From positions 132,314,766 through 132,378,765 of the forward strand of contig NC_092371.1 of the NCBI RefSeq assembly GCF_030028105.1: a stretch of DNA of 64,000 nt, read 5' to 3'. The DNA is from Mobula birostris. Taxonomy: Eukaryota. The stretch's first letter is position 1. Each line of letters starts with the position of its first letter. The position numbers were made by a program, and so were the translations under genes. The notes beneath the pieces are model-generated. The model did no database searches and was not told the DNA's origin. It saw only the letters and a program-made list of their open reading frames with translations. Shown one piece after another: positions 13,740 through 25,946 of the stretch.

Positions 13740-14070
13740 ATAAAGACAGTTTCATCTGCAACTTGCCATTAGAGTGGGGGTGGAGAGCAAGCTGTTCAGC
13801 TCAATAGTAGACCGGCCCGAAATGCCGCTTCTCCCCTCCCCCAGCCTCCTTTGTTCCAGCCTGTTTAAAAGCTCCACATTCTCCGGGAAGTATGTGGCCG
13901 CTGGAAAACACTGGTGCTTTGCGGTGTTGGGGGACGGGAGCAATAAAATGTGCTGATAAAGGCCCGTGTCCTGAAATTGGCTCTGCTAAATGTTTCCGGC
14001 CACCTCTCTGCTACAAAGTTCAAAGTAAATTGATTATCAAAGCACGTTTTGAAAAAGTATTCTGGCCGTG
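13740..14070. promoter_or_regulatory. Candidate orphan enhancer/regulatory element
   Basis: Non-repetitive, CpG-retaining segment with clustered TF-like motifs: CCTTTGTT (SOX/TCF), ACATTC (TEAD-like), CCGGGAAGT (ETS-like), CAATAAAA (HOX13/CDX), TGATAA (GATA), CAAAGTTCAAAGT (HNF4-like), ATTGATT (ONECUT). Confidence 0.35.
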
Positions 14071-15261
14071 CCCCCCACAACTATTTTCACATTTTATTGT
14101 CTCATTTTCGAAATTTAAAATATATTTTAGTAGGATTTTTGAGCTAATCTACAAAACATTGTGCATCATGTCAAATCAAAAGATAAAATTCCAAAACCTG
14201 TTAAAAAGTATTCATCCCCTTTGTGATTCGATGCTGATTTTTCCCAGGTTCTCCTTACAAACTCACACCATTTGTTGATGTAGAAAATTGGAGGATCGGC
14301 TGTTTTCAATGAATTCATAAGAATAAATACTTTCTCTCTCTGTAGGGTCCAACAGTATGGTAGATTTCCAACAGACCAAACCAAAATGAAGACAAAAGAG
14401 CATTCAAGATAAATCAGGGAAATGATAGTGGAGAAGCACAAATCTGAGGAAGGGTACAAGACCATCTCCAAGGCACTGAACAGACCCTAGAGCTCAGTGC
14501 AGTCCATTGTGAAAACTGGAAAAAATATGAAACCACAGATACACTGCCTCAGTCAGGCTGCACCTCTGAACTGTGTCGCTGCTACTGAGAGGCCAACAGT
14601 CACTCTGAGTGAGCTGCAGGATGCAGTGGCTGCATCTGGAGGTGAAGTTCATGACTCCAACATCTTTAAGGCCTAGTACAAAAGGGTATTTATAACAGTG
14701 ACAAGGAAGAAGCACTGGCTAAAAAAAAAAGTGTAATTTATAAGATACTATAAAGATGAGGAAGAAGGTTTCGTGGTTAGATGAAACTAAAGTGAAACTT
14801 TTTGGCCTCAACTCTAAGCAGTATGTGTGGCATAAATCTAATACTGCACATAAGCCAGGTAACACCACTCCTACAGTAAAGTATGGTGGAGGTAACATCA
14901 TACTATGGGGATGCTTTTTAGCACCAGGGGCTGGAAATATGGTCAAGATTGATGGGAAGATGAACACTGCTGAATATAGAGAGATCCTGGATAAAAACCT
15001 GTTAATCTCTTAACAGCTTTAAACAGAAAGCTTAAACTGGGGAGGAAGTCGGTCTTTCAGAAGGACAACGACCCAAAGCACACTGCCAGAGCAACCATGG
15101 AGTGGTGTCAAATGAAGAAAATTCATGTCCTTGAGTGGCCCAAAGTCCTGATCTTAATCTGATCGAACATCTCTAGTAAGACCTCAAGATTGCTGTTCAC
15201 CGCCGCTCCCCAACTAACCTGGCACAGCCTGAACAATTTTGCAAGGAGGAATGGGCAAATG

Positions 15262-15656
15262 TAATGAATGAATGACACTTGTTAAACTCACCTCAACATG
15301 TCTTTTACATTTTAACCCACCAGGGGCAATAGAAAAGTCACTGTTGCAAACAGCGCAGCAAGCAACACTGTCATTATTTTTGACCCCTATTAGGCAGGGG
15401 TATACTTTAGTGTAGTCTGGGGTGAAGTACATTTGATATGTTGGAACACTCTGGAACCTACCTACCTACCTACCTACCTACCTACCTTCCTCTCCCCCTC
15501 TCTCTCTCTCTCTCTCTCCCCACCCCCCTCCCTCCCTCCCTCACTCACTCTCAAAAAATCAATTTCTGGGATATTGTATATAATTTGCGGGCGTCAGGGA
15601 GCCGCTATCAATATGTGGGAGACTCCTGGAACTTCCGGGAGAGGTGGGATGTCTGA
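15262..15656 (-). mobile_element. hAT-like transposon fragment nested in the Tc1 element
   Basis: Minus ORF 15214-15432 ACCAVCNSDFSIAPGG...CKRHVE resembles the BED-type Zn finger at the N-terminus of hAT transposases; CAG-starting terminus at 15656; Tc1 sequence resumes at 15657. Confidence 0.6.
15457..15552. repeat. Compound microsatellite (CCTA)n/(CT)n/(CCCT)n
   Basis: Directly visible tandem repeats. Confidence 0.9.
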
Positions 15657-15944
15657 CATTGTGCTAAACTAATAGAGATTTATCCAAAAAGACTACTGGC
15701 TGGAGTAGAAGCAAGAGATGGTTCAACTAAGCACTGAGCAAAGGGTGGTGAATACTTTTGAACATTTTTTGAATTTTTAGTTTTTCATGCTTAACAATTT
15801 TCCCTGTTTTTTGAGCTCTTTGTGAAAAAAGGAGCATGAGATTCACAAATAGAAATTCTCAGTTAAATTGATCAAAATCCTTGGTTGTTGTACTTCATGA
15901 TGTGAACAAATGATTGGGGCTGAATCCTTTACAAGACACTGTAT

Positions 15945-17030
15945 ATCACCATACTACCCTGAGAGTCACTTTCTTGCAATAGAATAAAGAAACATAATAG
16001 AATCAATGAGAAACTACACTCAAATAAAGGAGGTCAAACAAGCAATGTCACAATAAACAAACTGTGAAAATACAGAAAATAAATAAGTAAATAAATAATA
16101 CTGAGAACATGAGTGTAGAGTCCTTAAAGAGAGTCCATGGGTTGTGGAATCAGTTCAGAGTTGAGGTGAGTGAAGTTATCCATGTTGGCTCAGGAGCCTG
16201 ATGGTTGAAGAATCGTAACTTCCTGAACCTGGTGGTGAGGCACCCAAGGCTCCTGTAGCTCCTACTCTACCCAATGGTAGTAGGGAGAAGAGAGTATGGC
16301 CTTGATGGTGGGGTCCGAGATGATGGATGCTGCTTCCTCATGGCAGTGCTACTTGTAGATGTGCTCAATGGTGGGGAGGGCTTTGACTGTGATGGACTGG
16401 GCTGTATCCACCTTGGGCATTGGTGTTTCCATGCCAGGCTGAGATGCAACCAGTCAGGATACTCTCCACTCTATATAAGTTCGTCAAAGTTTTAGATGAC
16501 ATTCTGAATCTTTGTAAGAAGGGAAGGTCCCAGGACAGATTTTCTGATATGATAATTATGATAACAACCAACATTTTTAAAGTTGCTATCCCTCTCCACC
16601 TTTGATCACCTAATGAGGACAGGCTCATGGACCTCTGATTTCTTTCTTCTATGGTCGATAATCAACTCTTCAGTTTTGCTGATGTTGAGTGTGAGATTGT
16701 TGCGACACCATTCAACCAGATTTTTACTCTCCCTGCTAGATGTCTATTCATCACCACCTTTGACTCGGCCAGCAACACTGGTGTCATTAGCAAGCTTAAA
16801 TATGGCATTGGGGCTGCACTTAGCCTCACAGTCATAGGTGTAAAGCAAGTGGAGCAGGGGGCTCAAGCATATAACTTTGTGGTGCGTCTGTGCTAATGGT
16901 GATTGTGGAAAAGATACTGTTGCCAATCTGTTCTGACTGGGGTCTGCAACTGAGAAAATGGTGGACAGGAGGTATAGAGGCCTAGGTCTCAGAATTTCTG
17001 GTAAGTTTTGAGGGGGTGTTAGTATTGGTG
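15945..17030 (-). mobile_element. Rex/Babar LINE fragment
   Basis: LSPLLHLLYTYDCEAK...IFKLANDTSVAG (RT FADD region) and ESILTGCISAWHG on the minus strand. Confidence 0.75.
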
Positions 17031-17389
17031 GCTGTAAACCACAATTACTTTAGAACTAACATCAGAAAAATATTAGTTCATGTTCTTTGGCTATCTTGCC
17101 AGACACTGGATTTTGCAAACACAATCGAATGTGAGAGTCCACGTGTTCAATAACTTACATTAAATTCGACTCACAAACATGTTATGCACACTTCCTCGAG
17201 AGCACAGAATCTATAGTGCCAAGACATAAATTAATGTACTTCAATAAGTTAATGTACGTGCTGACATTTCTTAGCCCCTGATTGCAAGCTCTGTATCTCC
17301 AGTAACCAAAAATCTAAAAAAACTGTAGATGCTGGAAATCTGAAATAAAACCAGAAATGTTGAAAATGCTCAACAGGTCACAGGATTTT

Positions 17390-18900
17390 ATGCACGCCTT
17401 TTATGCAATCTTTGAAAGGGAGAATGAAACGATACCTATGTACACTCCTGCAGCATCTGGTGATCTTGTGATCTCTGTCTCGGAATCTGACCTCAGAACA
17501 TCTTTCAAGAGGGTGAGTTCTTGGAAGGCATTAGGGTCTGATGGTCTACCTTGTAGGTCTCTGAAAACCTGCGCCAACCAACTGGCAAGAGTGTTCAAGG
17601 GCACCTGCAATCTCTGACTGCTACAGCTGGAGGCTCCCACCTGCTTCTTCAGAACGACAACGATCTTACCAGTGCCCAAGGTGAGCTGCGCCAATGATTA
17701 TCGCCCAGTGGCACTCACATCTGCTGCGATAAAGTGCTTTGAGAGGTTGGTCATAGATAGAATCAACTTGCTGATGACACAACTATTGTTAGTAGAATTT
17801 CAGGTGGTGACAAGGAAATGTAGAGGAGCAAGATAGATCAGCTGGTTGAGTGGTTTCACAACAACAACCTTGCACTCAATGTCAGTAAGACCAGGGAATT
17901 GACTCTGGACTTTAGGAAGGGAAAGTCGAGGGAATACACCAGTCCTCATCAAGGGATCAGTACTGGAAAGGGTGAGCAGTGTCAAGTTCCTGGGTGTCAA
18001 CATCTCTGAAGATCTCTCCTGAGCCCAACATGTTGATGCAGTTACAAAGATGGCACAACAGCAGCTATATTTCATTATGAATTTGAGAAGAATTGTTATA
18101 TCACCAATTATATTTGCAATATTTCTACAGGTGTACTGTGGAGAGTATGCTAATGGGTTATACCACTGTCTGGTATGGAGGGGCCACTGCACAAGATCAG
18201 AAAGTTGTAAACTCAGCCAGCTCCACCATGGGCATTAGACCTCCCAGCATCGAGAACACCTTCATAAAGGCATATCCATCATTAAGGACCCACACCACCC
18301 AGAATATGCCCCTTTCTCATTGCTACCATCAAGGAGGAAGTACAGGAGCCTGAAGACACACACTCAATGTTTCAGGAGCAACTTCTTCCCTCCACCATCA
18401 GACTTTCTCATTATTTTTTCTCCCTTTTTACACTATTTATTTAATCTGATTTTTATATACAGGTATACGATATACTTATTGTAATTTATAGGATTTTTAT
18501 AAATGTGTGGCCAAGTGGTTAAGGTATCAGTCTAATGATCTGAAGGTCATGAGTTCCAGCCTCAGCTGAGGCAACGTGTTGTGTCCTGGAGCAAGGCACT
18601 TAACCACACATTGCTCTGCGACGACACTGGTGCCAAGCTGTATCAGCCCTAGTGCCCTTCCCTTGGACAACATCGGTGGTGTGAAGAGGGGAGACTTGCA
18701 GCATGGACAACTACCGGTCTTCCATACAACCTTGCCCAGGCCTGGACCCTGGAAACCTTCCAAGGCTCAAATCCATGGTCTCATGAGACTGACGGATACC
18801 TATAGGATTTTTAGTACTATATATTGCTATGTACTGCTGCCACAAGACAATACATTTTACAAAATATTCCAGCGATATTAATCCTGATTCTGATTCATTT
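17390..18900 (+). mobile_element. Rex/Babar LINE fragment, interrupted by a SINE
   Basis: KALGSDGLPCRSLKTCANQLA, QQQLYFIMNLRR; 3' tail cctgattctgattc near 18883-18896. Confidence 0.75.
18505..18800 (+). mobile_element. tRNA-headed CORE-type SINE
   Basis: A-box TGGCCAAGTGG, B-box-like GAGTTCCAGCC, CORE-like gtgtcctggagcaaggcacttaacc; second copy on the minus strand at 52679-52986. Confidence 0.7.
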
Positions 18901-19034
18901 GTGGAGTGAGAAGTAAGAGCTAACATTTCAAATTTATGATCCTTCTTCAGATCTGACAAAAAATGATACATAAAATGTCTCTCTCTTTGCAGATGCAGCC
19001 TGACCTGCTGAGTATTTCTAATTTTTAGCTTAAA

Positions 19035-19270
19035 TGCAGCAGTGTAGCGGTTAGTGCAACACTATTACAACATCAGCAACCTGGGTTCAACTCCTTTGCT
19101 GTCTGTCAGGAGTTTGTATATTCTCCCCATGACCTCATGGGTTTCCTCCGGGTGCTCTGGTTTCCTCCCACAGTCCAAAGATGTAGTTTAATTGGTCACA
19201 TGAGTGTAATTGGGCAGCAACGACACGTTGGGCCGGAAATATATGTTAATGTGCTGAATGTCTAAATAAA
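19035..19270 (+). mobile_element. V-SINE (HE1-like)
   Basis: tRNA-like head (gtagcggttag...ctgggttcaactcc) plus V-core gggtttcctccgggtgctctggtttcctcccacagtccaaaga. Confidence 0.8.
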
Positions 19271-19449
19271 TAAATAGAAATTGGTTAGAAAGGACCAGCA
19301 GATACTGTCTATACAGACCATGATTTCCAAATGACACTTACAAATATCCCTGGACCCAAAATTAGAGTAACCACACCATGGTTTGTCTCCTTCTTTAAAC
19401 AGGGGGTAAGGAAATTGAGACAGGATACATTTGAGATTTGGTATACAAT

Positions 19450-20615
19450 GTTGTAAGCCAGTGTTCTAGGAGCCAAGCCAGAAAGTGGGAAGCCTCTGCC
19501 ACATCCGTTCCATTTCAGAACATCTGCGATGTCCTTTTTCTTCAAAGGACAAGTTTCCTGCCTTCTACCATTGATGCTACTCTCACTGCATCTCTTCCAC
19601 CTCCCGGACATCCGCCCTCACCCAACCTTCCTGCCACCATAACAGGGATAGTTTCCCCTGTCCTTACCGACCACCCCAGGACATCCACATCCAGCACATC
19701 ATCCTCTGTAAATTCTAGTACTAAACACATTTTGTCTTCTACTCTCCACTTCCCGCAGGAATCACTGTCTCCGTAATTCCTTTGTTCATTTGTCCCTCCC
19801 CATTGATCTCCCTGTTGGCAATTAACCCTGTAAGCAGAACGTGTGCTACACTTTCATCCTCACCACTATTCAGGGTCCCAGATAGTCAACACTTTTCACC
19901 TGCAAGTCTATCAGGGATCATCTGCTGTATCCCATGCTCCCCGTGCAGCCTCCTTTACATCAGTGAGACAGAATATAGATTGGGGGACCCCTCCGTGAGC
20001 ACCTTCTCTCTGTCTGCCACAACAGGTGGGATTTCCCAGTGACCACCTATTTTGATTCTTCTTCCCACTCCCAATCCAACATCTCAGTCCATGGCCTCCT
20101 CTACCACCACGATGAGGCCACCTCAGGTTGGAGGAGCAACACCTCATATTCCATTGAGTAGCCTCCAACTTGATGGCATTGAGTTCTCCATCTTCCAGCA
20201 ATTTTTCATCCTCCCTTTCTTTCTTCTCCCATTCCCCAGTCTGGTTGCCCTTTCATCCCTTCTCTTCTCACCTGCCTATTGCCTACTTCTGGTGCCCCTC
20301 CTCCTTCCCTTTCTCCCAGAGTCTACTGTCCTTTCCTATCAGATTCCTCCTTCTACAGCACTTTACCTTCTCCATCTATCACCTTCCAGCTTCTCATTTT
20401 ATTCCCCCTCCCTCACTACCCCTCTTCCCTGTCCTCTATCACCCACCGGCTTCATTTCCCCCCACATTCTTATTCTGCCTTCTTCCCCCTTCTTTTCTAG
20501 TACTGATGAAGGTCTCAGCCCAAAATGACAACTGTTTCTCCTCCACAGATGCTGCCTGACCTGCTGAGTTCCTCCACCATTTTGTGTATCTTGCTCAAGA
20601 TTTCCAGCATCTGCA
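19450..20615 (+). mobile_element. Penelope-like element, decayed RT C-terminus, GIY-YIG endonuclease and pLTR
   Basis: SGIICCIPCSPCSLLYISETEYRLGD is a decayed 'IYCI.CS.C.LLYIGET.R.L..R' GIY-YIG motif; tail with a degenerate hammerhead ctgatgaaggtctcagcccaaaa at about 20503. Confidence 0.8.
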
Positions 20616-20869
20616 AATAAAAATAATACCAAGAACATGAGTTGTAGAGTCCTTGAAAGTGAGCCTGTGGATTGTTCAAGAACCAGTTCAGGCTGTAGGC
20701 GAGTAACTGTTCCTGAACCAGGTGGTGCGGGACTTAAGGGTTCAGTACGTTCTTCCGAATGGTAGTGGTGAGAAGAGGGCATGGCCTGGATGGTGGGGGT
20801 CATTGATGATGACTGCTGCTTTCCTGTGGCATGTGTATCGGTAAAGGTTTGTTAGTGTTTGGTGTCATC

Positions 20870-22578
20870 CCATAAGACCATACGATATAGGAGTACATCC
20901 AGGCTGTTCAGCACATTGAGTCTACTTTGCCATTGCACCTGCCTTCTCCCTGTAACCTTGGATGCTCTGACTAATCCAAAACCTCTCAACCTTCACTTAA
21001 TACATACCCAATCATTTGGCCTCCACAGCCATCTGTGGCAATAAATTCCACAGATTCACCACCCTCTGGCTAAAGAAATTCTTCCTCCTCTCTGTTCTAA
21101 AGGAATATCCTTGTATTCTGAGATTAAACCCTCTGGTCCTAGACTCCACACTAAAGGAAACATCCTCTTCAATAATTCTATTTAGACCTTTCAATATTTG
21201 ATAGATTTCAATGAGATCCTCCTTTATTTTTGTAAACTCCAGTGAGTACAGGCCCAGAGCCATCAAATGCTCCTCATGAGTTAACCCTTTCATGCCTGGG
21301 ATTGTTCTTGAGAGCATCCTCTGAACCCTCCCCAATGCCAGCACATGCTTTCTTAAATAAGGTGTTCAAAACTGCTCACAATACTCCAAGTGAGGGCCCA
21401 CCAATGCTTTATAAAGCCTCAGCATTACATCCTTGCATATATATTCTAGTCCTCTTGAAATGAATGCTAACATTGCAATTGCCTTCCTTACCACTAGTTC
21501 AACCTACAAGTTAACCTTTAGGGAATCTTGCACGAGAACTCCCAAGTCTCTTTGCACCTGTGATTTCTGAATTTGATCCCCATTGAGAAAATAGTCTATG
21601 CCTTTATTCCTTCTGCCAAACTGCATGACCATACACTTCCCGACACTGTATTCCATCTGCCACTTCTTTGCCCATTCTCCCAATCTGTCCAAGTCTTTCT
21701 GCAGACTCCTTGCATCCTCAAACCTACCTGCCCCTCCATTTATCTTTGTATCATCCACAAACCCATCAATTCCATCATCCAAATTACTGACATAAAATGT
21801 GAAAAGAAGCAGTCCTGCAGAACACCACTGACAGCCAGCCAAAATAGGCCCCTTTATTGCCACTCCTTGCCTCCTGCCAGTCGACCAATCTTTTATCCAT
21901 CCTAGTATCTTTACTGTAATAACATGGGCACTTATCTTGTTTAGCAGCTTCATGTATGGCACCTTATTAAGGGCCTTCTGAAAATCCAAGTAACTAGCCC
22001 TCCTTTATCTATCCTGCCTGTTATTTCCTCAAAGAATTCCAAGTGATTTGTCAGGCAAGATTTCCCCTGAAGAAAACAATGCTGAATTCCCCCTATTTTA
22101 TCAAGTGCCTCCAAGTACCTTGAAACCTCATTCTTAATAATAAACTCCAACATCTTACCAACCACTGGTTTGTCCTATAATTTCATCTCTTTTGCCTCCC
22201 CCCCTTCTTAAAGAGTGGAGTGACATTTGCAATTTTCCAGTTCCCTGGAACCACTACAGAATCTAGTGCTTCTTGAAAGATCATTACTAATGCCGCCACA
22301 ATCTCTTCAGCTACCTCTTTCAGAACCCTGGGGTTTGGACCATCTAGTCCAGGTGACTTATCTACCTTCAGACCTTTCAGCTTCCCAAGCACCTTCTCCT
22401 TAGTAATAGCAATTACACTCACTTCTGCCCCGACCTCTCGAATTTCTGGCATACTGCTAGTGTTTTCCATAGTTAAGACTGCTGCAAAATACTTATTAAG
22501 TTCATCTATCATTTCTTTAACCCCCATTACTACCTCTCCAACATCACTTTCTAGCAGCCTGATTTCCATTTTCACCTC
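20870..22578 (-). mobile_element. CR1/HER1-like LINE ORF2 3' part
   Basis: [35 protein letters not shown] and RKNFFSQRVVNLWN on the minus strand; continues after the nested insertion at about 23738. Confidence 0.9.
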
Positions 22579-23738
22579 GATGTAGTTATAAAGAAGGCAA
22601 GGCAGCAACTATACTTCATTAGGAGTTTGAAGAGATTTGGCATGTCAACAAATACACTCAGAAACTTCTATAGATGTACTGTGGAGAGCATTTTGACATG
22701 CTGCATCACTCCCTGGTATGGGGGAGCTACTACACAGGACTGAAAGAAGCTGCAGAGAGAGGTAAATCTCATCAGCTGCATCTTGGGGACTAGCCTACAA
22801 AGTACCCAGGACACCTTGAGGAAGCGGTGTCTCAGAAAGGTAGCATCCATGTCTTGCCTTCTTTATAACTACATCCATATGTTGGGACCAGGTCAGATCC
22901 TCAGAGATCTTGACACCCAGGAACTTGAAACTGCTCACTCTCTCCACTTCTGATCCCTCTATGAGGATTGGTATGTGTTCCTTCATCTTATCCTTCCTGA
23001 AGTCCACAGTCAGCTTTTTCGTCTTTCTGACATTGAGTGCTAGGTTTTTGCTGTGGCACCACTCCACTAGTTGGAGTATCTCACTCCTGTACGCCCTCTT
23101 GTCACCACCTGAGATACTACCAACAATGGTTGTATTGTCTGCAAATTTATAGATGGTACTTGAGCTCTGCCTATCCACACAGTCATGTGTATATAGAGAG
23201 TAGCAGTGGGTGAAGCACACACCCCTGAGGTGCACCAGTGTTGATCATCAGTGAGGAGGAGATGTTATCACCAATCTGCACGGACTGTGATCTTCAGGTT
23301 AGGAAGTCAAGGATCCAATTACAGAGGGAGGTACAGAGGCCCAGGTTCTGTAACTTCTCAGTCAGGATTGTGGGAATGATGGTATTAAATGCTGTTGAAC
23401 AGCCTCCAGCACCCAGGGCATGCCCTTCTCTCACTGTTACCATCAGGTAGGAGGTACAGAAGTATGAAGACACACATTCAGTGATTCAGGAACAGCTTCT
23501 TCCCCTCTGCCATCCGATTCCTAAATGGACATTGAACCTTTGGACACTACTTTCTGTTTTTTTACACGTTTTAAAAATCTTTTCAATGTATGTATATTGT
23601 AATTGATTTACTTATTTATTATTATTATTTTATTTATTTTTCTCTTCTATATTATGTACTGTATTGTATTGAACTATTACTGTTAAGTTAACAAATTTCA
23701 CGTCACATGCTGGTGATAATAAACCTGATTCTGATTCT
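22579..23738. mobile_element. Rex/Babar LINE with internal inversion (+/-/+)
   Basis: 22579-22850 plus, 22851-23399 minus (KFADNTTIVG...KKAR), 23403-23738 plus ending in aaacctgattctgattct. Confidence 0.8.
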
Positions 23739-23789
23739 TTTACTCTTTATATATCTGAAAAAATTGTAATTTTGATGCAATTCCAAACA

Positions 23790-25400
23790 AGGCTCGCCAG
23801 TCATTCCTACTGTATTTCATTAGGAGTTTAAAGAGACTTGTTGTGACAACAAAGACTCTTGTAAATTGCCACAGGAGTACTTAGGAGAGCATCCTAGCTG
23901 GTCACATCACCATCTGGTAAGGAGGGGCCACTGCACAGAATCAAAAAAAAGAAGCTGCGGAAAATTGTAAACTCAGCCAGTTCCACCACGGGCGCTAGCC
24001 TCCCCAGCATCGAGGACAGCTCAAGGAGGCCTCGTTACGGACCCCCCCCCCACCCCCCCCCCGCATCATGCAGGGCATGCCCTCTCCCCATTGCTTCAGG
24101 GAGGAGGTACAGAAGCCTGAAGACACACACTCAATGTTTCAGGAACAGCTTCTTGCCCTCTGCCATCACGTTTCTGAATGAACACTGAACCCATTAATAC
24201 TACCTCTCTATATTTTTGTACTACTTAATTTATTTTTTTATATATTTCTTACTGTAAATTTAGTTTTTTTATTATTACTATGTACTGCTACCGCAAAACA
24301 ACAAATTTCGCAACGTATGCCTGTGATATTAAATCTGATTCTGTTCGTATCCTCTTCTATATTATCGGCCTGCTTACCTTCATTCAGTATTTCATCTTTT
24401 CTCTCCTTATTGATTTTTTAATTGCCTTCTGTTGTTTTTTTTTAAAATCTCATTCCTACAGTCTATCGGCATTTAGAAGGAAGATTGAAAATCTGGCGAA
24501 GTGGTGCCACTACAACAACCTCTCACTCAATGTCAGCAAAACCAATGAGCTGATTATTTACTAGAGGTGGAAAACAGAGGTCCGTGAGACAGTACCCACT
24601 AGAGGGTGAGTAACTTTTAAATTCCTTGGCATTATCATTTCAGAGAATCTGTCCTGGGACCAGCGTGGAAGTGCCACTACAAAGAAGGCACAGCACCTCT
24701 ACTTTCTTGAAAGTGTGCAGAGATTCGGCATAACAGAGCGCCCTGCTGAGTTCCTCCAGCATTTTGTGTGCATTGTGCAGAGGGTTCTGATTGGTTGCAT
24801 CACGGCCTGTCATGGAAACACGCAAAAGTCTTGGATATAGGCTAATCCATCCCCAGCACCGAGCACATTTGCAAGGAGTGCTGCCACAAAAATTGCAGCA
24901 TCTTACACCAAGGACGCCCATCATCCAGACCATGTTCTCTTCCCGCTTCTGTCATCGGCAAGGAGGTACAGGAATTCTTACCACACAGTCATCAGGCTCC
25001 TGAACCAGCAAGAACTCACCTCAACACTCAATTTCTTCCACAACCTACGGACTCACTTTCAAGGATACCACAACTCATGCTCGCAGTATTAGTTCTTTAC
25101 TATTTTTTATTATTCTCATTTTGGATTTGCTCAGTGTTTTCTTTTGCACATTGGTTGTTTTTCAGCCACTGTGCGTAGTAGTTCATTCCTTGACCTTGAA
25201 AATGAATCTCAGGGTAGTATAATTTTGGCTATGTTTTATGGCCTCTCTTTTGCTCTTATGCTGTCTTCGACTGTTTTCGAAGGATCTCGGCCCGAAACGT
25301 CACCTGTATTTTTTTTACATAGTTGCTGTCAGGCCTGCTGAGTTCCCCCAGCATTTTGAGCGTGTTGCTTGGATTTCCAGCATTTGCAGATTTTCTCTTG
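23790..25400 (+). mobile_element. Further Rex/Babar 3' fragments and Penelope tail pieces
   Basis: KWCHYNNLSLNVSKTNELI motif; tail ggatctcggcccgaaacgtc...cctgctgagttcccccagcattttg. Confidence 0.65.
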
Positions 25401-25639
25401 TTTGGGGTTGGACCTCTCTCATGCCTCTTTTTCCCCTTTACTCCACTCTAATACTGAGATCTGATTTTAGCTTCTCCCTATCGAACTGCAGGTTCCAAAA
25501 TCCCTAAAAGGCAGAGCCTTCGTTCAGATTGCATCTATGGTCAGCAATACCCCTAAAAAGGCACAACATGCATTGAAACACCTCCAGATCCTCTGCTTGA
25601 GCCTAAACAACAGCTGGCTCGAAGGTAATGCTGGAAAGA

Positions 25640-25871
25640 TGAGCGGATGGCAGTCGGCGGTGACCAATCAGGTCGAGTTTCGGGGACCAGTCTCTTCTCT
25701 ATGATTGGGTAATTTAGAGTCGGCACCGCCCGACGTATTGTCATTGGATTACCCCGACAGACACCGTGTTAGGATTGGTGGATCCGCGGGGAGGGTGGGC
25801 CATGTTACCAGGGATCTGATTGATAGGCAGTCAGGGTCGCCGGCTGGGCCTGGGCTGGCGAAGCTGTGGTC
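25640..25871 (+). promoter_or_regulatory. GLO1: GLO1 CpG-island promoter with multiple CCAAT boxes
   Basis: CCAAT at 25664 and ATTGG at 25704, 25743 and 25774; CpG-rich; no TATA box seen upstream of the ATG. Confidence 0.7.
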
Positions 25872-25946
25872 ATGGCGGAGGAGCTGACCGGCCTCACGGA
25901 TGAGCAGGCGTATGCCGCTTGTTCGGAACCGGACCCGAGTACCAAG
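25872..25946 (+). CDS. GLO1: Glyoxalase I (lactoylglutathione lyase) exon 1
   Basis: gtcATGG start; encodes MAEELTGLTDEQAYAACSEPDPSTK; donor AAG|gtgcgg. Confidence 0.93.

Larger units (their letters stand above)
14198..15943 (+). mobile_element. Tc1-like DNA transposon with decayed DD34E transposase
   Basis: Left end cctgttaaaaagtattcatcccc and right end ggggctgaatcctttacaagacactg-TA. Remnants include [27 protein letters not shown]...[24 protein letters not shown] and [10 protein letters not shown]. Confidence 0.9.

Noticed and set aside
13752-13943. ORF beginning MLPS as a possible LRRC73 start
   Set aside because: No similarity beyond four residues, no leucine-rich repeats, and the wrong strand relative to YIPF3.
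18505-18580. tRNA-like sequences (also near 1150, 19040 and 52910-52985)
   Set aside because: These are SINE heads with degenerate cloverleafs, continuous with SINE bodies.
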